From a phage, in the sequence record PZ386952.1: a stretch of 61,166 nucleotides of DNA, one strand, 5' to 3'. The stretch's first letter is position 1; each line of letters begins with the position of its first letter. Below the pieces are notes generated by a model. It saw only the letters and a list, made by a program, of their open reading frames with translations, was not told the origin of the DNA and did not search any database. Positions 36,486 through 46,719 of this stretch are shown one piece after another. Both the position numbers and the translations under genes were made by a program.

Positions 36486-38462
36486 TTAGAACGGAACGTA
36501 ATCCGGATCATCTACTTGCACAGGATTAACCACATTGTTCACCGTTATGCCTTGCGTATTCTGTGAAACAATATCATCCCAGCTCACATCATCGTTATAG
36601 CTCGGACCTTCTGTTGTTCCATCCTGACCGTATACTTTAACCTGAATAGCTTCGTCGTCCTGTGGAGCTTCAAACTTACCGAAACAAGTACCGTCATAAT
36701 CATAGTTCAATATCTCAGGCCATTTCTTATTGGTATGAACTTTGATGTATTTCGGCGTTTTGAGCATTGCAGCAACACCGAGAGCTTCTTCAATAGTCTG
36801 TGGTAAAGGTAAATGTGTCCTTTTCTTCCACCATGCAACAGCTTTACGACCTGCCCAGTCCCCATGCAGCAAAGCTACCCATTCACTGAATATTTTACTA
36901 CCGCAATAATAAGTCACCTTCATTGTTGGAGGTTTAGAGCTGTCATTGCGTTTAGTGTGCTTCGCATAAGTAACATGCGTAACTTTAAAGTCTTCAACTA
37001 CTGGAATATCCTGCTTGATCAGGGCTTCCGTACTTGCAGCTTTCTTGAGTTTGGTCTGGAACTTGAACTCATGACCGCAAAAGCCTTCTTTAACGTAATC
37101 CGTCCCGCGTAGTCTAAATCCTTTCAGATATAATTGTTGAACTTGTTCCTGTGTAACGCTGTCCATTGGGATTGGTGCGAAGCCACCGCAATAACGAGCG
37201 GATGCATGATTATACGACCCGCACACATCGCATTCTTTAACCGGAGCAGTACCAGCACCTTTTTCGCCCGGGCGCTTGGGTTTAACAGGGTCGTTAATAG
37301 GACCCAAACGACGCGTATTACCGCTGAAATCCAGTACAAGGCAGTTCTGCTTAGGGCTTGCTGCAATAGCTTGCAAGCGGCCTTCCTGCGTGGAAAGATC
37401 AAAACCCTCCGCGTACACCGGACGCGTACCGCGACCTAACATCTGGACCCATAGCACCGCCGACGCAGTTGGGCGGAGCATGATAATTAAGTCCAGCATT
37501 GGGTGATCAAAACCTGTGGTTAAGACGTTATTGTTAGTTAATGCTCGAAATTCACCGCGCTTGAATTTTTCAATAATCTCGTCACGTTCTTTTGCATCAA
37601 GCTTAGAGTGAATACATCCACAGCTAATACCCATATTGTTCAGCATATCGCACGCGTCTTTAGCGTGTTCAATACCAGAACAAAATATAAGCCAGCTTTG
37701 ACGGTCTTCACCACATTCAATCGCTTCCTCAAGTGCGCGGAGTGTTGCGTCATCGCGATTTACCGCACTTTGCAACTCACTCTGGATAAACTCACCGCCG
37801 CGTTTACCTACCCCGTTGAGGTCCAGTTCCATCTTAGTACGCTTTGGCACAACCGGAAGAAGATAACCTTGCTCCAGGAACCAGTTGAAGGCTTCCGGAG
37901 TAGTTGCATCGAATGTTACCTTATCAAATAACGCATCATCGTCTTCGTTTTCCTTAACAATTGAGCCGTAACCAAGTCGGTAAGGTGTAGCGGTAAGACC
38001 GATGATTTTTAAATACGGGTTAACTTCACGCAATGCTGCAAAGAACTTCTTATACATTGTTGCATCACGCGGACTAATAAGGTGCGCTTCATCTACAAAG
38101 ATTAGATCAACCTTGCCGAACTTTTTAGGATGCTTAGCAACGGATGCAATCCCCGCAAATGTGATAAGATTATAAACTTCTTTACGCTTCAAACCTGCGC
38201 TGTAAATACCTGCTGGCGCTTCAGGCCAGACTTTCATTAATTTATCATAGTTTTGCGCAATTAACTCTTTGACGTGAGTTAACATCATTACGCGCTGGTT
38301 TGGATACCATTTATAAAGCAGATCGAGGAACCCCGCGATAACGAGCGATTTTCCTGTCCCTGTTGGTAACAGGATCAAAGGGTTCCCCGCGTTACCCTTT
38401 TCAGCATCAAAATAGCGAAATACGCTATAAACTGCTTCCTGTTGATAATCGCGGAGCTGCAT
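36486..38462 (-). CDS. SF2 DNA helicase (DEAD/DEAH-like)
   Basis: LLPTGTGKS Walker A, FVDEAH motif II, GLTATP motif III; ATG at 38462 (track start 38468 is TTG). Confidence 0.85.
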   Translation of the reverse strand: MQLRDYQQEAVYSVFRYFDAEKGNAGNPLILLPTGTGKSLVIAGFLDLLYKWYPNQRVMMLTHVKELIAQNYDKLMKVWPEAPAGIYSAGLKRKEVYNLITFAGIASVAKHPKKFGKVDLIFVDEAHLISPRDATMYKKFFAALREVNPYLKIIGLTATPYRLGYGSIVKENEDDDALFDKVTFDATTPEAFNWFLEQGYLLPVVPKRTKMELDLNGVGKRGGEFIQSELQSAVNRDDATLRALEEAIECGEDRQSWLIFCSGIEHAKDACDMLNNMGISCGCIHSKLDAKERDEIIEKFKRGEFRALTNNNVLTTGFDHPMLDLIIMLRPTASAVLWVQMLGRGTRPVYAEGFDLSTQEGRLQAIAASPKQNCLVLDFSGNTRRLGPINDPVKPKRPGEKGAGTAPVKECDVCGSYNHASARYCGGFAPIPMDSVTQEQVQQLYLKGFRLRGTDYVKEGFCGHEFKFQTKLKKAASTEALIKQDIPVVEDFKVTHVTYAKHTKRNDSSKPPTMKVTYYCGSKIFSEWVALLHGDWAGRKAVAWWKKRTHLPLPQTIEEALGVAAMLKTPKYIKVHTNKKWPEILNYDYDGTCFGKFEAPQDDEAIQVKVYGQDGTTEGPSYNDDVSWDDIVSQNTQGITVNNVVNPVQVDDPDYVPF

Positions 38463-38464
38463 AA

Positions 38465-39373
38465 TCAATCTTTCCCGTAATAGTTAGCTACTTGATAGTT
38501 TTGACAACCAACTTTTTGGCCCTGAGTATCTACTGCAACGGAATGGAAATTGCAATACCATGTTCCATCATCTTTTGGCTCAAGAAATTGACATGTGCGA
38601 CAGTTTACTTCCGGCATAGTTTTACGCCAACACAATGAGGAGTGGTTGCACCATTTGCATTCGAAGAATGTAGAGTCTTTAAAAGCACGGTCAGGAATAT
38701 CCGTAGCAATAGCAATCTGCACACCACGATCAATATACATGTCCGCAGTGACCGGATCAAATGGAATAATTTCTGCGTAAACTTCATCGTCATTCTTGTT
38801 TACAGCAAGATATAACGCTGCACCAAGTCCAAGCTTTCGCATGTACACGTTCATCTGCACATAGTGCTCAGGTTTAGCTTCTTTGACACCTTTAGCTTTC
38901 AGCTTCTTGAAAGACTTATCGTTGTGGGTCTTCATTTCAGTAAGCACGGGCATTCCAGGCTGAACGTCCGGACAACCTATAACCACACCATCGCAGGAAC
39001 CGCCAAAGTGTCCGCCAGCTTCGCTGATACGGAACTGGTGTCCGTTTTCATCCTGCTGATAGACTTGCATACCTGCCGCAAGAAGCATAGCAATGAAACG
39101 CGCTTCTTCCAGATGTCCGCGGTTAAATAAGCGGAGCTGGCGTCCGTCGAATTCTTTACGCGTAGCCCAGCGATATCCGTAGAACAGCTTGCGAGCACAT
39201 TGCTGTCCAATAAGGGAAGCGCCTAAGTGACTGCGATTTCCGCTTTCAGGGCGATATGCGTCCTCAATTGTGGGAATGACTACGCCAAGATACTTACGGT
39301 AAGTCCCACCCTGATCTTTTTGCACACCATCATTGATTGCTTGAAGTGTTTTTTCTGCAATGTAAATAGCCAT
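38465..39373 (-). CDS. PD-(D/E)XK exonuclease (YqaJ/lambda-Exo-like) with C-terminal Cys cluster
   Basis: GASLIGQQCARKLFY YqaJ-like motif; C-terminal CKWCNH...CRTC cysteines; next to SSB/Sak4. Confidence 0.55.
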   Translation of the reverse strand: MAIYIAEKTLQAINDGVQKDQGGTYRKYLGVVIPTIEDAYRPESGNRSHLGASLIGQQCARKLFYGYRWATRKEFDGRQLRLFNRGHLEEARFIAMLLAAGMQVYQQDENGHQFRISEAGGHFGGSCDGVVIGCPDVQPGMPVLTEMKTHNDKSFKKLKAKGVKEAKPEHYVQMNVYMRKLGLGAALYLAVNKNDDEVYAEIIPFDPVTADMYIDRGVQIAIATDIPDRAFKDSTFFECKWCNHSSLCWRKTMPEVNCRTCQFLEPKDDGTWYCNFHSVAVDTQGQKVGCQNYQVANYYGKD

Positions 39374-39437
39374 TGGAGTACCTTAGAAAAATAAGCCGTC
39401 TTTCGACGGCTTATGAATGCTACAAAGGAGGGTTATC

Positions 39438-40319
39438 TTACTGCTGCCACGGCGGAACTGCGGATTGTGCCGGATGCGGTTCAGCTTGCTGCTGTGGTTG
39501 CGCTTGCTGCGCTGGCGCTGCTGCCTGGCCAGGCTGCGCTACCTGCTGCGCCCACGGTTGCTGAGCTGCTTCCGGTGCTACTGGCTGTTGTACCGGAGCT
39601 TGCTGAACTGGCTGCTGCGGCGCTGCGTTTTGAGCAGGATTATCCCACGGCTGCGGTGCTGCGTTCTGCCACGGTTGAGCTGCTGCGCTCTGCTGCGGTG
39701 CTGGTTGCTGCACAGGCTGCTGAACTGGCTGCTGTTGCTGTACCGGAGCTTGCTGCTGTACAGGTGCTTGCTGTTGCTGAGCAAACGGGTTAGCTGCTGG
39801 CTGCTGTGGCGCTGCGCCCGGGAAAGTCGGTTGCTGTGCTGGCGCACCTGCACCAAACGGGTTAGCTACTGCTGGAGCGCCCATTGCCGGAGCACCTGCT
39901 TCTTTTTCTGCATATTTAACCGGATCGTTAATGTTAGCGTAACCGTTAGGCTCGTTGCTGTCTTCATAACCTTCCTGAGAACGAACTTTCAGACGCAGGT
40001 TCAGCGGAATGTTATGCAGCTGAGCAGGGGTATCCCAGCGAATTACACCAACCGCATGGGACAGAGCGCCCAGTTGCTCGTAAGCGATACGTACAGTATC
40101 TTCGTTGTCATTGATGACGTTATAACGAGCAAAGATTTTACGCCCTTTAGCAAAACCGTCAATGATGCTAAACGTTACCTGGATTGCCATACCGCCATTT
40201 TTGGTCGGTTTAAATTCAGATGCTTCAATTACTGCTTTATACCAACCTTTCGGCAATGCGCCGTAAGAAGGTGCTTGATAGCTGCTCGCGTCAAAGTGGA
40301 AATTAGTTGGCATAGTCAT
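39438..40319 (-). CDS. ssDNA-binding-like protein with long Gln/Pro/Ala-rich C-terminal tail
   Basis: N-terminal ~150-aa globular domain followed by ~140 aa of QQPxQQ/AAPQ low complexity; adjacent to Sak4-like ATPase. Confidence 0.45.
   Translation of the reverse strand: MTMPTNFHFDASSYQAPSYGALPKGWYKAVIEASEFKPTKNGGMAIQVTFSIIDGFAKGRKIFARYNVINDNEDTVRIAYEQLGALSHAVGVIRWDTPAQLHNIPLNLRLKVRSQEGYEDSNEPNGYANINDPVKYAEKEAGAPAMGAPAVANPFGAGAPAQQPTFPGAAPQQPAANPFAQQQQAPVQQQAPVQQQQPVQQPVQQPAPQQSAAAQPWQNAAPQPWDNPAQNAAPQQPVQQAPVQQPVAPEAAQQPWAQQVAQPGQAAAPAQQAQPQQQAEPHPAQSAVPPWQQ
39440..39850 (-). repeat. low-complexity CAG/CTG-rich coding repeat
   Basis: Repeated GCTGCTG / CTGGCTG units on + strand; generates long spurious antisense ORFs. 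Confidence 0.8.
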
Positions 40320-41047
40320 TAGTTGATACCTTTCATTTTGTTGATAACAGAACCTAAGTGTGGGACTTCAACCGCATCTAAACGTCCCGAACGATCCTTA
40401 GCGATTGTATTAAAGTCCGGTTGAGTTTGCAAGTAACGATATGAGTTACCTTGCTGATCCTTATTTACATTCAGACGAAACACTTCGTCGAAGAAGTAAG
40501 GGAGCATTTGCCCCAATTTGGACCCAGGCATTGATGGAGCATACGCGGTAACACCGGAGACTTCATCTTTGTCTTTGCCCATTTTAGCAGACATATAAAC
40601 ATGTTTGCCAGGAATATCGCGAAATTTACGGATCAAATCTTGCATCTTTTCAAGCAAAGTACCATAAGCTTGACGAGGATCTTTTGTTCCTTTTTTCGCA
40701 TTGTTTAAACATTGTTCAGCAATTTCGCTTAAGCTGTCAAGCGCAATAGAATCGAAATACTGCTGGTTAGCTGGAGTTACACACCACTGATAAGCAGCTT
40801 CAACGTCCTCCAGACATTTAACTTCGATAACTGGGATGTCATAAACAATCGGCAATCCCATGTTACCATAAACGCGATTAAGGTTTTCCGCTGCAATAGA
40901 CAACAGACCGGATTCTGCGCTAATCAAAATTGGTTTAGGTAATGTGGCTACAAGGCTGGTTTTACCCATACCCGCTTCACCGTAAACCAGAATTTTAACA
41001 CCTGTGTCCTGCACAACTTGCGAAGACATTTTAATTTCAATGGCCAT
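40319..41047 (-). CDS. RecA-like ATPase (Sak4-like recombination ATPase)
   Basis: ILVYGEAGMGKTS Walker A; 242 aa; flanked by SSB-like and ligase genes. Confidence 0.55.
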   Translation of the reverse strand: MAIEIKMSSQVVQDTGVKILVYGEAGMGKTSLVATLPKPILISAESGLLSIAAENLNRVYGNMGLPIVYDIPVIEVKCLEDVEAAYQWCVTPANQQYFDSIALDSLSEIAEQCLNNAKKGTKDPRQAYGTLLEKMQDLIRKFRDIPGKHVYMSAKMGKDKDEVSGVTAYAPSMPGSKLGQMLPYFFDEVFRLNVNKDQQGNSYRYLQTQPDFNTIAKDRSGRLDAVEVPHLGSVINKMKGIN

Positions 41048-41112
41048 TTAACGCCTCTCTTTTAAGTTCGCGCTCATTGTAACGTAATATACTTTGAACC
41101 CTCAATTACTTT

Positions 41113-42027
41113 TTAATCTAAAGCCTGATCACTTTCATCGCGGAAATGCATAAAGTTTGCAAAACGCGGTTTATCTTTCACGCCATGAGGGAAGTGTTTA
41201 TATGAAATAGTCCGACCTTTAATTTTGTCAGGGTTATTCCAATAATAAATCTTATCCTCTTGCGTTAGTTTACCAGGACTAACGTTGATGGTATTGCCCG
41301 TCTTAACGTCTTTACAAACAAGCGTCCCGATCATACCGTTAGGAACTTTATTCTCCTGATGTGAAGATCGTGTAGTCCTTCCCAGCTCGTTAACAGTAGC
41401 TTCATTAAGATTAGTTTCACCCTCAATAATATCGAGGACAATAGCGTCTTCCTGAATAAAGCGTTTAATACGAAGATATCCACCTTCGCGAACTGTACCG
41501 CGCCCATGCTTATAGGGCTTACCTGGATCACGGATAATGATACCTTCATAACCCATATCAAGCCAAATGTTTTCCCAGTAAAGCAGCTCTTGCAAAGACT
41601 TAACCACATACATTGGCACAACTTGCAGGTCGAGCAATTCGCCTTTAGCGTGCTGTGTGGTTATAAAGTCTTTCATCATGTTGTAGCGTGCTTCATAGCC
41701 CAGCTCTGCAACACTTTCCGCGCACAGATCAAAGATGTGCCATTTCAGGAATGGTTCACCTTCAATTGTGTTTACCGCACTGGTTGTTTTACGGCACAGA
41801 TCCGGGTCCGTTTCAACTCCTGCCGCAAGCTCACCGTCATAGCCCATGTATTGAGGGCCGCTGAAAATTGCGCTTGTATGGCGGTTTTTAAACAGCTTTA
41901 AGCTGCGCCCTACTATTTGCCCATCCGGATTTAAACCGCGCACACCGTCGATTTTAGGCAGTATACAGCACGGAAACTTAATCTTTTCTTCAACAGCGTC
42001 AGTCGCTAAATGTGGTTTGAATGCCAT
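41113..42027 (-). CDS. ATP-dependent DNA ligase
   Basis: KIDGVRG (KxDG motif I); ATG at 42027 with GAGG RBS (track start 42039). Confidence 0.75.
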   Translation of the reverse strand: MAFKPHLATDAVEEKIKFPCCILPKIDGVRGLNPDGQIVGRSLKLFKNRHTSAIFSGPQYMGYDGELAAGVETDPDLCRKTTSAVNTIEGEPFLKWHIFDLCAESVAELGYEARYNMMKDFITTQHAKGELLDLQVVPMYVVKSLQELLYWENIWLDMGYEGIIIRDPGKPYKHGRGTVREGGYLRIKRFIQEDAIVLDIIEGETNLNEATVNELGRTTRSSHQENKVPNGMIGTLVCKDVKTGNTINVSPGKLTQEDKIYYWNNPDKIKGRTISYKHFPHGVKDKPRFANFMHFRDESDQALD

Positions 42028-42035
42028 TGTTAACC

Positions 42036-42659
42036 TCATTCATAATAATCATGTTGATGGGAACTGCTGCGTATACCGCAACGTTCTAAAAGTATCGCAG
42101 CTTTTTGAGCTTTCTCTTTCATACGGGTATTACGGCGTAAATGTCCGCTACCCTTTTTAGGTCTATTTTCCTTTTTCTTTGCTTCGGAAATAAGCTCTTT
42201 GCATTCTTGCAAACGGATCTTACTTCTTTCCAATCGCATAGCAGAACGCGCACGTTCATTACAAAATCTTTGAGCTTTGCTACGCTGGTCCTGATTACTT
42301 GTATGACCTTTAACGTGGCGAAACTCAATAGTAAGGTTATATTTACGAAGTTGATCGTTCAACCATTTGAAAGCTGTACCTTCCTGTTCGCTTTTCCAGC
42401 TTGCCTCTTTATACACTTTAATAGCTGTTGAACAATCTGTTTGCACAATTAAATGATCACCCGATTGAATTAAATTAGCTTTCAATCCTTCCCAAATGAC
42501 ATTACAAATTGCCATTGTTTCGGCTGCATTATTATCCGGAGCACCGCGTAATGGACCACCGTTAGCATTGCTGCCACGGTTACAAACTACCCATCCACCA
42601 TATCCCGCGGCTTTTGTATTTGGGCAAAAACTTGCATCAGAAATAATTGTTACTCGCAT
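42036..42659 (-). CDS. ribonuclease H
   Basis: TIISDASF...GYGGWV and HVKGHTSNQDQ motifs; ATG at 42659 with RBS CAGGAG (track start 42770). Confidence 0.65.
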   Translation of the reverse strand: MRVTIISDASFCPNTKAAGYGGWVVCNRGSNANGGPLRGAPDNNAAETMAICNVIWEGLKANLIQSGDHLIVQTDCSTAIKVYKEASWKSEQEGTAFKWLNDQLRKYNLTIEFRHVKGHTSNQDQRSKAQRFCNERARSAMRLERSKIRLQECKELISEAKKKENRPKKGSGHLRRNTRMKEKAQKAAILLERCGIRSSSHQHDYYE

Positions 42660-42702
42660 AATAACTCCTGTTAAAAAGGGGTCTTTTGACCCCTTTAGTT
42701 TA

Positions 42703-43494
42703 TCACAGTTTGTTTTTGAACTCTTCGATATATTGCTCGATCGGGTACTGCTTACGCTTGAAACGATCAAACAAGATTTTAGCTGCGGTTACGTCTTCTT
42801 TATTTTCCTTGTTTGCGCCCGGTGCCATAAAATCACGCCAGGTGAAACCGTTCAGAGTGTGCATGTTTGCAATGTGTTTATTGTAACGACTTTCCCAGTC
42901 CACACGCGGACCTTCCATTGTGCGTAAACCGCGTCCAAGGACTTGCATATATGCAGATTTCTGACGTTGTACAGCTTCACCATTATAAGATCCGGTTTTA
43001 AACTCAACAACACTACCGTTAAGATCTGCACCATCTGCAAAATTTTGCAACAGAGTGTCAATAACGTCATTGAGCGTCGGGACCATCACTTTTCCCTGAG
43101 CAATACCTGCCAAATAACCGACATTTTCTTCACCGTACAACTCGATCAGTTCTTTCTTGGTCGCCTCTGCTTCTTTGTTTGCGGACAAAGCCAACATCTG
43201 TTGTTCGAACATGTGTTCCTGTTCCAGGAAGTGGGCATAGCGTTCTTCGTCCACTTTACACACAATCCATTTATATTCAACATCCTTGCTGAAGTCCGGA
43301 TACTGATCCACTTCTACTACTTCCGTAGTAAAGAACTTGCCGTTATATTGAATAACAACAGTATTGCCCGGTTGCAACTCGTCACTTTCCAGGGCACGGT
43401 AGGTATAAAGACGACCACCTGCTTCAAACTTAACTTTGACAGTTACAACACCTTTCAGCAGGGCATGGTAAGCTTTCTGAAATTCTTTACGCAT
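42703..43494 (-). CDS. hypothetical protein
   Basis: 263-aa ORF with RBS AAGAGGA. Confidence 0.45.
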   Translation of the reverse strand: MRKEFQKAYHALLKGVVTVKVKFEAGGRLYTYRALESDELQPGNTVVIQYNGKFFTTEVVEVDQYPDFSKDVEYKWIVCKVDEERYAHFLEQEHMFEQQMLALSANKEAEATKKELIELYGEENVGYLAGIAQGKVMVPTLNDVIDTLLQNFADGADLNGSVVEFKTGSYNGEAVQRQKSAYMQVLGRGLRTMEGPRVDWESRYNKHIANMHTLNGFTWRDFMAPGANKENKEDVTAAKILFDRFKRKQYPIEQYIEEFKNKL

Positions 43495-43535
43495 TTTAGT
43501 TTCCTCTTGGGCGGATTGACCGCCCGTTAATGTGG

Positions 43536-43946
43536 TTAAGCTTTATTTGGAACAATTTCCAGAGACGCAGAACCAACTTTCGATTCAACGCACTGGTTAA
43601 AGACTGCGGCCTGCTCCGCTGTAAGTTTACGCCAAGCCGCGACTTTCAATACAGGTTTATTTTCCACAAGCTGATCAACGTTAACACCAACTTTAATCAG
43701 ATCGCCCAGGATTCCGTTAAGACTTGGAAGGTCAATCTTACGATCAATCTTGTGGGTCATTTTCATAACCCCGCCAGTAATTTCAACTTTATTAGTCCCC
43801 TCAGACGGCGCTGGGAAATAGGACTTAATAATCTTATCACGGAGTGCTCGCTCGCGAGCTTGAAGCTTTTGTAATTCTGCTTTGGTTTTATACCACTCAA
43901 TAACATCTGCTTCGGTTGCTTGTACTGCTTTATCTGCGTCGAACAT
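43536..43946 (-). CDS. hypothetical protein
   Basis: ATG at 43946 with RBS GAGGA (track start 44006); 136 aa. Confidence 0.4.
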   Translation of the reverse strand: MFDADKAVQATEADVIEWYKTKAELQKLQARERALRDKIIKSYFPAPSEGTNKVEITGGVMKMTHKIDRKIDLPSLNGILGDLIKVGVNVDQLVENKPVLKVAAWRKLTAEQAAVFNQCVESKVGSASLEIVPNKA

Positions 43947-44009
43947 TTTTCTATCCTCTGTTGTGTTTCGATGTATGTATAATAGCACATCCATGTGACA
44001 GGGCAAGAA

Positions 44010-44603
44010 TTATTTTTTATCTAAATGACGTGAAGTCATAATTGGATGCAAAGACACTTCTTCCTCTGCTGTAACCACATTGGTAGATGTTCCGGTAGAT
44101 CCGAAACCGTTAGCACCGCGCTCGGTAGCCTTAAGTTCGTCTACTTCTACCAGTTGCACGCAAGGCACCTTAATAAGCATAGCTTGCGCAATACGGTCAC
44201 CATGACTAACAGTGAAGCCCCAATCGTTATCAATGGTGAGTTTAACCTTAACTTCCCCAGTGTAGTCGCTGTCAATAACGCCTACACAGTTAGCTAAGCG
44301 AACGTCATTTTTAAACCCGTGACCGCTACGGGAATAGACCATAAGCGCATACCCTTTAGGGATATCAAATGCTAAACCTGTTCGAAATATGTGGTCACCT
44401 GAGAAAAGGACTTGCTCACAACCGTCTTCACACTTAAGATCCGCGTGTAGATCAAAGCAAGCTGCCCCAGTAGTAGCGAACACTGGTAGAATTGCGGTGT
44501 CTGTTAAGCGTTTTACCCCGAGGAGAGTTGGCGCAAAGGATGTAGCAGTTATGCTAGAATTGGTTATAGAAATAGTGTGCATGTTATTTAATACGTCAGT
44601 CAT
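44010..44603 (-). CDS. dut: dUTP diphosphatase
   Basis: Trimeric dUTPase motifs: AAGFDL-like AACFDL, RSG, GVIDSDYTGE, GDRIAQ, RGANGFGSTG. Confidence 0.85.
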   Translation of the reverse strand: MTDVLNNMHTISITNSSITATSFAPTLLGVKRLTDTAILPVFATTGAACFDLHADLKCEDGCEQVLFSGDHIFRTGLAFDIPKGYALMVYSRSGHGFKNDVRLANCVGVIDSDYTGEVKVKLTIDNDWGFTVSHGDRIAQAMLIKVPCVQLVEVDELKATERGANGFGSTGTSTNVVTAEEEVSLHPIMTSRHLDKK

Positions 44604-44611
44604 AATTCACC

Positions 44612-45079
44612 TTATTGGATTGAGCCGCGATCAATTAACCATTGTTTCGCGTGAGCTTTAAAAATAATGCGGTAGTCATCAAGACTAATCTCCGCGCGGA
44701 TGGAGTCTTTAACTTCGTACCATTGCCATTCCCCATTGCTGAAGACTACTGGGTTAAGCGGTAGAACAACCTTCCATCCTTTACGTTCTATTTTATACAT
44801 AAGAACTGGATATCTGCCAAGCTCTTTAGCAGATTGAACAGTCTGCTTCCACCATGTGTTGACCTGTGGGGTAGCATGGTTCTTTACCTCTACAGCGTGG
44901 TGGCAGGTGTTGCTAATGTCACAACCACCGACAGCACTTTGATTCTGGTTACGCTGTGCAATAGGTTTTTCCGGTAATTGCATTCCCAGCTCTGCGTAAA
45001 TTTCGGCATAAATTGCATTAAAGAAATCGCATACCTCCCGCTCACCGCGTTGACCTTTAGCGCGAATATTTACTGCCAT
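44612..45079 (-). CDS. PD-(D/E)XK-like nuclease candidate
   Basis: ATG at 45079 with GGAGA RBS; D...EVK arrangement (CDISNTCHHAVEVK); weak. Confidence 0.35.
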   Translation of the reverse strand: MAVNIRAKGQRGEREVCDFFNAIYAEIYAELGMQLPEKPIAQRNQNQSAVGGCDISNTCHHAVEVKNHATPQVNTWWKQTVQSAKELGRYPVLMYKIERKGWKVVLPLNPVVFSNGEWQWYEVKDSIRAEISLDDYRIIFKAHAKQWLIDRGSIQ

Positions 45080-45151
45080 GTTTGTCTCCATAACTTTAAT
45101 GTAAAACACTTCATAAAGAATTTTATATTGAAGTTGTGTTGATCTCAAGGA

Positions 45152-45183
45152 ACAAAAAAGCCCAGGCATAAGGATTCCTGGGC
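45152..45183 (-). terminator. rho-independent terminator (minus strand)
   Basis: AGCCCAGG ... CCTGGGCT stem followed on - strand by TTTTTTGT. Confidence 0.5.
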
Positions 45184-45496
45184 TCTCTTGATTGTCGGAT
45201 AGCTTACTTTGACTGCCGTCTTCGTCTATCCTGGCCTACTTGTACAGCCTCGCCAAAGGCTGGTGACGGTTTGGTACATCTGGCGCCGTCGCGTTAAACA
45301 TCGTTCACATCGTTCAGTAAGTTGCGGGTTTACCCTGTCCGCTCCAGGAAGCCCAGCGAAAGTAGTTGCTGTAAGGAGGTACAGCTACCGCTTTCAAGGG
45401 CTTGAGTTAAGCATCGTTCACTAAGTTAATGTTGTTAAATTGTTAAACCTCGTTAACTGTGGTTATCTTAAAGGATGCAGTCTTGAATGGCAAGCT

Positions 45497-45802
45497 TCAA
45501 TTTTGCGCGGTTCCCTTTGCCGCTTTTGGTGCTAAAATACCACCTTTCAAAAGTATTTGAAAACCTTCTACTTCATAAGTTGGCACAATAGCATAGCCCA
45601 TGATTGTAAGTACAATAGATTCGTCCTCACGACGCGGATAATAAATATGACACCAATGAGGAAATGCATTGTCGTGACGAATGTCTGCATAAGTTTTATG
45701 ATCAACCAAAATCTTTTGGATTTGGTCATTGTCCTCATTATTTACATTTTCACGGATAAGCTCCGCATAAATTGCTTCACAGATAGTATTTACAATACTC
45801 AT
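45497..45802 (-). CDS. hypothetical protein
   Basis: 101-aa ORF. Confidence 0.4.
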   Translation of the reverse strand: MSIVNTICEAIYAELIRENVNNEDNDQIQKILVDHKTYADIRHDNAFPHWCHIYYPRREDESIVLTIMGYAIVPTYEVEGFQILLKGGILAPKAAKGTAQN

Positions 45803-45858
45803 TTGAACACCTCTTGAAAAGTTAATAATGCGTCACGTATAGCTTTAATAGTTTCTTA

Positions 45859-46074
45859 TTACATTAATGTAATATCATCTACAGAGAATAAGCTATCATC
45901 TTGAATACATTTACGTCTGTTAATAATGTCGTCAGTATTATAATCCATAAGGGAAGGATATTCAACCTCGTCGCGCATACAAGGTCCATAAACGCTTAGA
46001 CCTAATTCAGACAGGTGTTGCATAAACCCTTCTATAGCTTTTTTGGTGTAAATAGTTGTTTTCAATTTACTCAT
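45859..46074 (-). CDS. small hypothetical protein
   Basis: Internal ATG at 46074 chosen; overlaps next ORF; uncertain. Confidence 0.25.
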   Translation of the reverse strand: MSKLKTTIYTKKAIEGFMQHLSELGLSVYGPCMRDEVEYPSLMDYNTDDIINRRKCIQDDSLFSVDDITLM

Positions 46075-46252
46075 CTTTATCGCCCTCATAAGAAATAACA
46101 ACCAATGAAGCTGAACCAATAGTGCAGCTAATACCATATGCTATCACATAAAGTATCCCTAGGCCAGTTTGCTTGTCAACCCATACAATAAGAATAACTG
46201 TAAGAATAGTCCAAATTGTCCAATATAAATTCTTTAATAATTTGTGATTCAT
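46067..46252 (-). CDS. small membrane protein
   Basis: 61 aa, two hydrophobic helices. Confidence 0.3.
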   Translation of the reverse strand: MNHKLLKNLYWTIWTILTVILIVWVDKQTGLGILYVIAYGISCTIGSASLVVISYEGDKDE

Positions 46253-46509
46253 TATTTCAGCTCCTCAATAGCTTGCAAGACCCAACGAGGATCATGTGTT
46301 CCACCGGCCAAACGACCTAATGATAGACACATTGTGTAAATAGATTCTGTTAAATGGTATCCTTTAATATCATCGTATTTACACAATTCACGAATTGAAA
46401 TAATGTCCTCAGCAAGATTATTTGGATCGTGCTGCTCGTTGATTTCTCTGCGCATCTTGTAATATTCTGCGGCTACAATTAGTTTTGGTATAATGATGTT
46501 TTTATGCAT
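46252..46509 (-). CDS. hypothetical protein
   Basis: 85-aa ORF. Confidence 0.35.
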   Translation of the reverse strand: MHKNIIIPKLIVAAEYYKMRREINEQHDPNNLAEDIISIRELCKYDDIKGYHLTESIYTMCLSLGRLAGGTHDPRWVLQAIEELK

Positions 46510-46512
46510 TAT

Positions 46513-46719
46513 TTATCCCCTTAAATTCTGAATCATTCTATCGCAGGCAGCTTTTACAGAAGAGTTCTGCCAGGATTCTTCTCGTGCTTCACAGTCAATA
46601 GGATATCCTTCATGATTATACAGACTGTCGGCTTCGGAGTAACCTTCAATATAAGCCTGCTTTGCGGTATCTATTATTGCTTGTAAAGCAATATTGAATA
46701 GTTGTTGATCCATACTCAC
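46513..46719 (-). CDS. hypothetical protein
   Basis: 68-aa ORF. Confidence 0.35.
   Translation of the reverse strand: MSMDQQLFNIALQAIIDTAKQAYIEGYSEADSLYNHEGYPIDCEAREESWQNSSVKAACDRMIQNLRG

Noticed and set aside
39417-40322. 301-aa Leu/Arg/Cys-rich + strand ORF
   Set aside because: It is antisense to the SSB-like gene and made entirely of CTG/CAG repeat translation; an artefact of the low-complexity repeat.
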